DNA of 64,000 nt, from the NCBI GenBank assembly GCA_965216755.1, contig CBDCGL010000011.1, positions 2,816,001-2,880,000 on the forward strand, in the 5' to 3' direction. Each line of letters opens with the position of its first letter. The first letter of the stretch is position 1. Origin of the DNA: Alphaproteobacteria bacterium (GTDB taxonomy: Bacteria > Pseudomonadota > Alphaproteobacteria > UBA7887). Below the pieces are notes generated by a model, which had not been told where the DNA came from, did no database searches, and saw only the letters and a list, made by a program, of their open reading frames with translations. This document shows, piece by piece, positions 1-10,415 of the stretch. The position numbers were made by a program, and so were the translations under genes.

Positions 1-10
1 AGTTTAGCCG

Positions 11-2245
11 ATGACATCGCAACCCGCCAGCGCGCCCGGCCTGCCGGGGCTGGCAGACGATGATACGGCCACGCGCGATTCGACGCCGCGCACGGTCGCC
101 GTGTTGTTGCCGCTGCCGCTCGATGGGCCCTATGACTACCGTGTCCCAAGCGGCGCATGCCTGACTGTCGGTCAATTTGTGCGCGTGCCCTTCGGACCGC
201 GTCAATTGATCGGCGTTGTCTGGGGCCCGGGCGCCCAGACCGTGGCCACCGCCAAGCTGCGCGACGTTACGGAAATTATCGACGTCGCGCCGATGGCCGA
301 CGACCTGCGCACCTTCATCGACTGGGTGGCGCGCTACACCATGGCCACGCCGGGAGCGGTGGTGCGCATGGCAATGAGCGTCCCGCAAGCTTTTGAAGCC
401 GAAACACCGCAAATGCTTTACAGCGCCGCCGACACGCGGCCGGCGCGGATGACGCCACAACGGCAAAGAATCTTTGACCTGTTGACCGACGGCCCAGCCA
501 TGGCCGCCGGCGATTTGGCGCGCGAAGCCGCTGTCGGCGCCGGTGTCGTGCGGGCCCTCGCCCGCGACGGGCATCTGGTCGCCCGGCCGGCACCGAAAGC
601 GGCACCAATGCCGGTGCCCGACCCAACCCGCCCGGGACTACCCTTGTCCGACGAACAATCGACTGCCGCCCACTATTTGAGCGCCAAAGTCACCGCACAA
701 GCCTTTGCCGTCGATGTTTTGGATGGCGTCACCGGTTCGGGCAAAACGGAAGTGTATTTCGAGGCCATCGCCACCGCCTTGCGCCTGCAACAGCAAGTGC
801 TGGTCTTGCTGCCCGAAATCGCGCTTGGTGCCCAGTGGCTGGGGCGCTTCGAAGCGCGGTTTGGGGCGCGCCCGGCCGAATGGCATTCGGGCTTGGGCCA
901 AGCGCAGCGACGGCGCACCTGGCGCGCGGTCGCCGCGGGCCGCGCATCGGTTGTCGTGGGCGCCCGCTCGGCCCTGTTCCTGCCCTATCGGAAATTGGGC
1001 CTGATCGTGGTCGATGAAGAACATGACCCATCGTTCAAACAGGAAGATGGCGTCATCTACAACGCCCGCGACATGGCGGTCGTGCGCGCCCGCCAAGCCG
1101 GCTTTCCGGTTGTCTTGGTGTCGGCGACGCCTGCCATGGAAAGCCACCAGAACGTACGTCGTCAACGCTACGGCCATGTCGCGCTGAGCCGACGCCATGC
1201 GAACGCCGCCATGCCCGAAATCAGCTTGGTCGACATGCGCGCGACACCGCCCGCGCCCGGCCGGTGGCTGTCGCCGCCCTTGACCGATGCCATCAGCGCG
1301 GCCACCAAGGACGGCGCGCAGGCGATGTTGTTCCTCAACCGCCGCGGCTATGCCCCGCTGACATTGTGCCGTGCCTGTGGGCACCGGTTGCAATGCCCCA
1401 ATTGCAGCGCGTGGCTGGTCGAACATCGCCTGGTCGGCGCGCTTCGGTGCCACCATTGCGATCACGCCGAACGGCTGCCGCAACACTGCCCATCATGCGA
1501 AGCGGGCGATGCGCTGGTCGCCTGCGGGCCCGGTGTCGAGCGCCTGGCAGAAGAGGCCCATGCCCGCTGGCCTGAAATGCGTGTCCGCGTCATGGCCAGC
1601 GATACGGTCAGCAACACAAAGCTTGCCATGGCACTGGTCGACGACATGCTGGCGCACAACATCGACCTTTTGATCGGCACCCAGATGGTCACCAAGGGCC
1701 ATCATTTTCCCAATTTGACCGTGGTTGGCGTGATCGATGCCGATCTTGGCTTAGCCGGCGGCGATCTGCGCGCCGCCGAACGCACGTACACGATACTGGC
1801 ACAAGTCGCCGGCCGCGCCGGCCGTGCCGATCGGCCGGGGCACGTGTTCCTGCAGAGTTATATACCCGAACACCCGGTGATGCAGGCACTGGCCGCCGGC
1901 GACCGCGACCGGTTTGTCGATGCCGAGTTGGACGCCCGCCGGGCCGCCGGCATGCCGCCGTTCAGCCGATTGGTGGCGGTGATTGTCTCGGGGCCGGACG
2001 AGGCCGCGGCCCGCGCCGTCGCCGTCGCATTGGGCCGCGCGGCGCCGCGCACGGACGAAGTTGACGTCGTCGGACCGGCCCCGGCCCCCTTTGCCCTGCT
2101 GCGCGGCCGCTATCGATTCCGGCTGCTTTTGCGCGCCTCGCGGGCAACCGATGTGCAAGCGGTGACCCAACATTGGCTGGCGCAGGTGAGCGCGCCGTCG
2201 GCGGTGCGCGTTGGGGTCGATGTCGATCCCTACAGCTTCCTGTGA
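11..2245 (+). CDS. priA: Primosomal protein N' (replication restart helicase)
   Basis: Walker A GVTGSGKT, DEEH box, two Zn-finger CxxC clusters, QVAGRAGR motif VI, C-terminal DVDP; lies upstream of atpH as usual in Alphaproteobacteria. Confidence 0.97.
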   Translation: MTSQPASAPGLPGLADDDTATRDSTPRTVAVLLPLPLDGPYDYRVPSGACLTVGQFVRVPFGPRQLIGVVWGPGAQTVATAKLRDVTEIIDVAPMADDLRTFIDWVARYTMATPGAVVRMAMSVPQAFEAETPQMLYSAADTRPARMTPQRQRIFDLLTDGPAMAAGDLAREAAVGAGVVRALARDGHLVARPAPKAAPMPVPDPTRPGLPLSDEQSTAAHYLSAKVTAQAFAVDVLDGVTGSGKTEVYFEAIATALRLQQQVLVLLPEIALGAQWLGRFEARFGARPAEWHSGLGQAQRRRTWRAVAAGRASVVVGARSALFLPYRKLGLIVVDEEHDPSFKQEDGVIYNARDMAVVRARQAGFPVVLVSATPAMESHQNVRRQRYGHVALSRRHANAAMPEISLVDMRATPPAPGRWLSPPLTDAISAATKDGAQAMLFLNRRGYAPLTLCRACGHRLQCPNCSAWLVEHRLVGALRCHHCDHAERLPQHCPSCEAGDALVACGPGVERLAEEAHARWPEMRVRVMASDTVSNTKLAMALVDDMLAHNIDLLIGTQMVTKGHHFPNLTVVGVIDADLGLAGGDLRAAERTYTILAQVAGRAGRADRPGHVFLQSYIPEHPVMQALAAGDRDRFVDAELDARRAAGMPPFSRLVAVIVSGPDEAAARAVAVALGRAAPRTDEVDVVGPAPAPFALLRGRYRFRLLLRASRATDVQAVTQHWLAQVSAPSAVRVGVDVDPYSFL

Positions 2246-2409
2246 AAGGCCCTAAAATCGGCGTGGGTGGCAGGTTGCAACGCGAAAAGGAGTGTGTTAC
2301 CTAACGGCGGCCTTTGGCCGGAAGGCTGCCAGCCGTCGTGGTTTGCGGCTGGTTTTCTTTATTGATCAACAGTCTATCTGTTGAGCCGGCTCATCTGAGG
2401 GATTTCAGC

Positions 2410-2970
2410 GTGGCTGAAGAGGCTGCAGGCGTTTCCGGGCTCGCCGGTCGTTACGCGACCGCTTTGTTTGAGTTGGCCGAAGAGCAAGGCCAACTGGACG
2501 ACGTCGCGCGCGACCTGACGACGTTGCGCGCCATGCTCAACGATAGCGACGATTTGCAGCGCTTGGTGAAAAGCCCGGTGATCGCGCGCGACGACCAGGT
2601 CAAGGCTTTGTCCGCGGTGGCGGAACGGGCCGCGTTGAGCGCTCTGGTGCGCAATTTCTTGGGCCTTTTGGCGCGCAACCGGCGCCTGTTCGCCGTCGCG
2701 GACATGATCGCCGCGTTCGGCGCGCTGTTGGCCGCGCATCGCGGCGAGGTGACCGCCCAGGTGAGCAGCGCCCAAGCACTAAGCGACGCGCAAATGGCGT
2801 CTTTGAACGCTAGTTTGAAAAGCGCTATCGGTCGCGACGTGCGGATTGAGGCCGACGTGGACTCGTCCTTATTAGGGGGGCTGGTGGTGCGCATCGGCTC
2901 GCGCATGATCGACAATTCACTCAAAGCCAAGCTGCAAGGGCTTAGGTTGGCGCTGAAGGGCATCGGGTAA
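2410..2970 (+). CDS. atpH: ATP synthase F1 subunit delta
   Basis: [11 protein letters not shown] and [18 protein letters not shown] motifs; GTG start at 2410 after a GAGGG RBS. Confidence 0.95.
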   Translation: MAEEAAGVSGLAGRYATALFELAEEQGQLDDVARDLTTLRAMLNDSDDLQRLVKSPVIARDDQVKALSAVAERAALSALVRNFLGLLARNRRLFAVADMIAAFGALLAAHRGEVTAQVSSAQALSDAQMASLNASLKSAIGRDVRIEADVDSSLLGGLVVRIGSRMIDNSLKAKLQGLRLALKGIG

Positions 2971-4499
2971 TGGAACTCCGCGCGGCAGAAATCTCCGAAA
3001 TTCTCAAGCAACAGATTGCAAACTTCGGTACCGAGGCAGAGGTTGCCGAGGTTGGCCAGGTCCTGTCCGTCGGCGACGGTATCGCCCGCGTTTACGGCCT
3101 GGACAAGGTGCAAGCCGGCGAGATGGTCGAGTTTCCCGGTGGCATTCGCGGCATGGCGCTAAATCTTGAGTCGGACAATGTCGGTGTCGTGATTTTTGGC
3201 AACGACCGGTCGATCAAAGAAGGCGACACCGTCAAACGCACTGGCGCGATCGTCGACGTCCCCGTTGGCAAGGGGTTGCTCGGCCGCGTGGTCGACGCGC
3301 TCGGCAATCCGATTGACGGCAAGGGCCCGATCGAAGCGACCGAACGGCGCCGGGTCGATGTGAAGGCGCCGGGAATCATCCCGCGACAGTCGGTGCATGA
3401 GCCGATGCAAACCGGCCTGAAAGCGATCGACAGCCTGGTGCCGGTCGGTCGCGGCCAGCGCGAATTGATCATCGGCGACCGGCAAACCGGCAAGACGGCC
3501 GTCGCCATCGACACAATCATCAATCAAAAACCGATCAACGCCGGCGGCGACGAATCGAAGAAGCTCTATTGCGTGTATGTCGCGGTCGGTCAGAAACGGT
3601 CTTCGGTGGCGCAGATCGTTAAGACGCTGGAGGACTATGGCGCGATGGACTATTCCATCGTCATCGCCGCCACCGCGTCAGAACCGGCGCCATTGCAGTT
3701 CCTGGCGCCCTATGCCGGCTGTGCCATGGGCGAGTTTTTCCGCGATAACGGCATGCACGCGCTGATCATCTACGATGATCTATCCAAGCAGGCGGTTGCC
3801 TATCGCCAAATGTCGCTGCTGCTGCGCCGGCCGCCGGGCCGCGAAGCCTATCCGGGCGACGTATTTTACCTGCATTCGCGCTTGCTCGAACGGGCGGCGA
3901 AAATGAACAGCGACAATGGCAGTGGCTCGCTGACCGCCCTGCCGGTCATCGAAACCCAAGCCGGTGACGTGTCGGCCTATATCCCGACCAACGTCATCTC
4001 GATTACAGACGGCCAGATCTTTCTGGAAACCGAGCTGTTCTATCAAGGCATTCGACCGGCGATCAATGTTGGCCTGTCGGTGAGCCGGGTGGGTTCGGCG
4101 GCGCAAGTCAAAGCCATGAAGCAAGTGGCCGGCACGATCAAATTGGAGCTCGCGCAATATCGTGAAATGGCGGCATTCGCGCAGTTCGGTTCCGATTTGG
4201 ATGCGGCCACCCAACGCCTGCTCAATCGCGGCGCGCGTCTGACCGAACTTCTGAAACAGTCGCAGTTCTCGCCAATGACGGTCGAGGAAATGGTGGTGTC
4301 GATCTTTGCCGGCGTGCGCGGCTTCCTTGATGGTATCGACGTCAGCGAAGTCAACCGTTTCGAAGAAGGGCTTCTGGGCGAAGTGCGGGCAAAACACGGC
4401 GATATTTTGGAGACGATTCGCAACGAGGCGGCAATCTCCGATGAAACTGACGGCAAACTGACGTCGCTCATGACCGACTTTGCCAAGACGTTTGCTTGA
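2970..4499 (+). CDS. atpA: ATP synthase F1 subunit alpha
   Basis: GDRQTGKT P-loop, [21 protein letters not shown]. Confidence 0.99.
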   Translation: MELRAAEISEILKQQIANFGTEAEVAEVGQVLSVGDGIARVYGLDKVQAGEMVEFPGGIRGMALNLESDNVGVVIFGNDRSIKEGDTVKRTGAIVDVPVGKGLLGRVVDALGNPIDGKGPIEATERRRVDVKAPGIIPRQSVHEPMQTGLKAIDSLVPVGRGQRELIIGDRQTGKTAVAIDTIINQKPINAGGDESKKLYCVYVAVGQKRSSVAQIVKTLEDYGAMDYSIVIAATASEPAPLQFLAPYAGCAMGEFFRDNGMHALIIYDDLSKQAVAYRQMSLLLRRPPGREAYPGDVFYLHSRLLERAAKMNSDNGSGSLTALPVIETQAGDVSAYIPTNVISITDGQIFLETELFYQGIRPAINVGLSVSRVGSAAQVKAMKQVAGTIKLELAQYREMAAFAQFGSDLDAATQRLLNRGARLTELLKQSQFSPMTVEEMVVSIFAGVRGFLDGIDVSEVNRFEEGLLGEVRAKHGDILETIRNEAAISDETDGKLTSLMTDFAKTFA

Positions 4500-4537
4500 T
4501 CACGCAGTGAATACAGCGTCGACAGCCGGACCGCCCT

Positions 4538-6917
<2,380 letters not shown>

Positions 6918-6922
6918 CTGTT

Positions 6923-7333
6923 ATGGCCGACAAGGTTGAATTCGAACTCGTCTCGCCCGAAGCCCTGGTCGAATCGCGCCAGGTCGACATGGTCGTCGTG
7001 CCTGGAGAGGAAGGCGATTTCGGTGTGCTGCCGGGCCATGCGCCCTTCATCTCCCAAGTACGCCCGGGGTTGATCGAAATCTATGATGGTCAGAACGTCA
7101 CCGATCGCCTGTTCGTCGACGGCGGGTTTGCCGAGGTCACGCCGGAACGCTGCACGGTGCTGGTCCAGGAAGCGGTGCCGCTTGGCAACTTGGATCGCGA
7201 CATGGTCGATGCGCGCATCAAAGCCGCCCGTTTAGCCATAGAGGACGCCCAAAACGACGCCGAACGCGACGCCGCGGCCCACCGCCTCAAAATAGCCGAG
7301 AGCATGCAAGAGGTGCTCGCCGCCGCCCTTTAG
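6923..7333 (+). CDS. atpC: ATP synthase F1 subunit epsilon
   Basis: FELVSPE, GEEGDFGVLPGHAP, GGFAEV; last gene of the F1 operon. Confidence 0.97.
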   Translation: MADKVEFELVSPEALVESRQVDMVVVPGEEGDFGVLPGHAPFISQVRPGLIEIYDGQNVTDRLFVDGGFAEVTPERCTVLVQEAVPLGNLDRDMVDARIKAARLAIEDAQNDAERDAAAHRLKIAESMQEVLAAAL

Positions 7334-7544
7334 CGGCATTTCCGTCAGGGCATTTCGCAACGCATCATCAGATGACCGTCCGTGCTGCGCAAAACAGGCC
7401 GATCGAGCAATGGCCATCACTGTCTAATTCGTTGCGAAATCGTGTCATTTCACGTCTATTACATTCTTAGGCGGCTCAGCGTTTGCCGCCGAGGTCACAT
7501 TGCTTTAGGCTTATCATAACGATGTCATCATCACACGAACGGGC

Positions 7545-8360
7545 ATGAAGGACTGGTCACTCGACGACATTCCCTGGCACGCTTTCCAGGCAGACAAAGT
7601 GGATCCGCAGTTGCTGGGCGCGGTCAAGGCCGCGGCGCTGGTCGAACATAACGGCCGCGACTACGAAACATACCTGCACAATGTCTTCCACAATGAACCC
7701 GACTTTTGCGACACCGTCACGAAATGGGCGGCGGAAGAAGTGCGCCATGGCGAAGCACTGGGTCGCTGGGCGGGGTTGGCCGACCCGGAGTTCGATTTCA
7801 CGGCGTGTTTTGGCCGCTTTCGATCCGGCTATCAATTGCCGCTAAAGGCATCCGATTCCGTGCGCGGTTCGCAGGCGGGCGAACTGGTCGCGCGCTGCGT
7901 CGTCGAATCTGGAACTTCATCCTTTTATTCCGCCATGCGCCACGCTGCCGACGAACCGGTTTTACAAGAGATATGCCGTTTGATCGCGGCGGACGAATTT
8001 CGCCATTACAAATTGTTCTACGATGGGCTAATGCGCTATGTGCGCAGCGGCGAGATCGGTCGTGCTCGGCGAATTATGATTGCATTGAGCCGCGTCATCG
8101 AATCCGAGGATGAAGAACTCGCCTATGCGTATCATTGTGGCAACAAGCTGCCTGAGCCCTTCGACCGGCGCGCCTGCAGCCGCGCCTATGCGCGCCGCGC
8201 CTATCGCCTATATCGATTCGGCCATTTGCGCCAGGGGCTTGGCATGACTCTGAAGGCCGCCGGGCTGAAACCGTATGGCCGGATCGGCACGGCGCTCAGC
8301 CGCCTGTCATGGCGCTTCATGCAGTTTCGGATCCGCATGTTGGACCGGGTGGCGGCCTGA
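7545..8360 (+). CDS. Ferritin-like di-iron carboxylate protein (acyl-ACP desaturase/rubrerythrin-like)
   Basis: Two ExxH motifs (EEVRH, DEFRH), each preceded by a conserved Glu (ALVE, CVVE); N-terminal WSLDDIPW. Confidence 0.8.
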   Translation: MKDWSLDDIPWHAFQADKVDPQLLGAVKAAALVEHNGRDYETYLHNVFHNEPDFCDTVTKWAAEEVRHGEALGRWAGLADPEFDFTACFGRFRSGYQLPLKASDSVRGSQAGELVARCVVESGTSSFYSAMRHAADEPVLQEICRLIAADEFRHYKLFYDGLMRYVRSGEIGRARRIMIALSRVIESEDEELAYAYHCGNKLPEPFDRRACSRAYARRAYRLYRFGHLRQGLGMTLKAAGLKPYGRIGTALSRLSWRFMQFRIRMLDRVAA

Positions 8361-8584
8361 CCCCGGATCGGTCCGTGTTCCGCGGACACCAATATATACA
8401 CACGATTTCAATTACTTAAGAGGATTCTGATGCTCTGCGCCCGGGTATCTGTGGGGCGCACCATTTTTTTTCTGCGCCTCAACCCCCTCTGGCCAAGCGC
8501 TGCGTGTTTAGAAGCAGACCAACATGACACGGTCACCGAAACACAGCTTCCACTCACATCAACGCTTCTTAGGGGACTTGACCA

Positions 8585-9097
8585 ATGAACGCATTTCTGA
8601 AGATCTCGGCCGCCGTCGCTGCTTTGACCGTGGTTTCCGTTTCGGCCGCTTCGGCTGACGATGTCAACTTCGACTTCACCAAGGTTAAGCAAAAAGCCGC
8701 CGTCGTGAACGTTCTGTCGAACAACGACTTCGGCAAGGAAAGCGGCGCCAAGAAGGGTGGCCTGACGGTCAACGGTGTGCTGCAGGATGCGGTCATCGCC
8801 GAGGGCAATGCCACGGTCGCGGTTGGCAACTACGCCGACGCCCGCACCCGGATCGGCACGGTCGAGAACGGTGAGATCAACGGTGTGATGCAGCGTGCCG
8901 TGATCGCCAAGGACAACGCCAACGTCGCCTACGGCAACTACGCCTACAGCCGCCTGCACATCGGCACGGCGCGTGACATCGAGGTCAATGGTGTTGTGCA
9001 GCAGGCCGTGATCGCGAAGCGCAACGCGGCGGTGTCTGTCGGCAACCACACCACCACCTGCATGGAGATTGGCACGCTCGGCACCCCCACTTGCTAA
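8585..9097 (+). CDS. Secreted protein with three 36-aa repeats; putative beta-solenoid/functional amyloid major subunit
   Basis: AGGGGA RBS; Sec signal ending ASA; three repeats at exact 108-nt spacing; C-x10-C at the C-terminus; strongly biased codons. The CDS is solid; the function is inferred. Confidence 0.85.
   Translation: MNAFLKISAAVAALTVVSVSAASADDVNFDFTKVKQKAAVVNVLSNNDFGKESGAKKGGLTVNGVLQDAVIAEGNATVAVGNYADARTRIGTVENGEINGVMQRAVIAKDNANVAYGNYAYSRLHIGTARDIEVNGVVQQAVIAKRNAAVSVGNHTTTCMEIGTLGTPTC
8762..9094 (+). repeat. Three tandem imperfect 108-nt (36-aa) coding repeats
   Basis: AAYGGTGT anchors at 8771, 8879 and 8987; consensus [VI]NGVxQxAVIAxxNAxVxxGNxxxxxxxIGT. Confidence 0.92.
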
Positions 9098-9126
9098 GCG
9101 GAGCCCAATCCCAACGTGACGGCTTA

Positions 9127-9166
9127 GAGGGCGGGACCCGCGGAAACGCATACGGGTTCCGCTCTT
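9127..9166 (+). other. Strong intergenic RNA hairpin (mRNA stabiliser or partial terminator)
   Basis: GAGGGCGGGACCCG pairs with CGGGTTCCGCTCTT (14 bp including G-U); inner cg-GAAA-cg GNRA loop; no long U tract. Confidence 0.7.
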
Positions 9167-9233
9167 CGCTGCGAAACCAAGACATCAGCCCGAACGGCAC
9201 CGTTCGCAACCAATGCCAACAAGGATACCGACC

Positions 9234-9539
9234 ATGACCAAAGCAGCTTTCGTGATCGCGTTCGCCAGCGCCCTGACCATGGCCGCCGCCACCGGCGCCA
9301 GCGCTAAAGAGTTCAATCAGCGGCCCCATTTGGATTCGGGCTCTCAGTCGCGCGTCAACAGCGCGTTTGCCAAGACCTTCCTGAACCGCGGCCAAGCCCG
9401 CCGTTTGGAAGATCGCGCCAGCGACTGCGGCAATGTCAGCATCGGCAACGTCGATCCGGGCAATGGCCAAGCCCCGCGCGAGATTATCGTCGTAGCCAAG
9501 AACGTCATCAACGTTGTCGGCCCCGGCGGCTGTCGCTGA
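9234..9539 (+). CDS. Small secreted two-Cys protein related to the upstream repeat; putative nucleator/cap subunit
   Basis: AAGGA RBS before ATG 9234; Sec signal ending ASA; C-x34-C enclosing a segment similar to the upstream repeat. Confidence 0.8.
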   Translation: MTKAAFVIAFASALTMAAATGASAKEFNQRPHLDSGSQSRVNSAFAKTFLNRGQARRLEDRASDCGNVSIGNVDPGNGQAPREIIVVAKNVINVVGPGGCR

Positions 9540-9578
9540 TACCCCTTTGGCCGCTATCGATTGCACGTCGTCAGCTAC

Positions 9579-9875
9579 TCACCGACCGATCGAAACTGGC
9601 GCGAGCGCCGGAAAGCGCACCACATAGTAGGGGGGCGCCGAGTCATTGACGCCCCCGTTGAGGCGCGCGGACTTGTGGAGACGATTCACAGCCGCGTAAA
9701 TGTAGTTATCCGGACCGGTCGCAAATCCATCCGGCCAGTCGAGAAGATCATCGTCGGACACCAGCAGCTCATACGTGCCATCCGGCCGCGTCACGCCGAT
9801 GCCCTTGGCGTTCATATCCGTGATGTAGACATTGCCGTGATCATCAATGGTGATGCCACCGCAGGGCGGCGCATT
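9579..9875 (-). pseudogene. C-terminal remnant of a major royal jelly protein/yellow-like (SMP-30-related) beta-propeller gene
   Basis: Frame reads GGITIDDHGNVYITDMN...LLDWPDGF...IYAAVNRLH...YYVVRF; in-frame TGA just upstream and no N-terminal part seen. Confidence 0.7.
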
Positions 9876-10036
9876 TCATGCGGCAGTGGGAAAACGGCGC
9901 GACGGCGCCATCACCCAGGTTGGAACGCCGCCGTATTATGTCAATCGGACCTATCGTGCCGATGCGCGCTTGTGGTGTTCAGGGCGCCATGGACGGCGAA
10001 GCATGGTCGAGACCAGATGATTGCCGGAAAAGTGCG

Positions 10037-10348
10037 TTAGTCCTGCGACGAATCGATAATGATCTCGTCACCGTTGCCGTCGTCTTCGGTTTGGTCTGAT
10101 GTCGGCGCGTCATCCGCGCCCTCGTCCGTTTCGGTAGGCACCTGCGGAACGGTGGGCATCGGCAGGGGTTGCGCCTCTTCAAGCCGCTCGGGAGTCCAGA
10201 ATTCTTCGTCCTCAGTGGTCTGTTCGGGCGCGTCTTTTCTTTCAACCTCGGTGTCTTTACGATCATCGTCACCACGTTCGGCGGCGCCCGCACCAGTCAT
10301 GTGCATTGCTATTCCAATCCAAATCAGGGCCACTATTTCACGTTTCAC
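10037..10348 (-). CDS. Small secreted acidic protein; stand-alone protease pro-peptide homolog
   Basis: AAGGAGG RBS 8 nt before GTG; signal peptide; FWTPERLEEAQPLPMP motif matches the pro-region of the adjacent protease. Confidence 0.75.
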   Translation of the reverse strand: MKREIVALIWIGIAMHMTGAGAAERGDDDRKDTEVERKDAPEQTTEDEEFWTPERLEEAQPLPMPTVPQVPTETDEGADDAPTSDQTEDDGNGDEIIIDSSQD

Positions 10349-10374
10349 ACGCACCGCCTCCTTCTAACGGGATC

Positions 10375-10403
10375 GGCGTGCGCCCCGTTCCGGGACGCAC
10401 GCC
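10375..10403 (-). other. Intergenic hairpin between the protease and pro-peptide genes
   Basis: Perfect GGCGTGCG/CGCACGCC arms with an inner CCC/GGG stem. Confidence 0.6.
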
Positions 10404-10415
10404 AAGCGTGTATTA

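Noticed and set aside
8490-8504. Possible sigma54 promoter TGGCCAAGCGCTGC upstream of the repeat gene
   Set aside because: GG-to-GC spacing is 9 nt rather than the required 10
8762-9094. 108-nt periodic repeats as a CRISPR array
   Set aside because: The repeats are degenerate at synonymous positions, in frame inside a CDS, and there are no cas genes
8585-9097. Calling the repeat protein csgA or fapC
   Set aside because: The 36-aa period and consensus do not match the ~22-aa curlin repeat or the Fap NQQxN-type motif, and no csg or fap accessory genes are present
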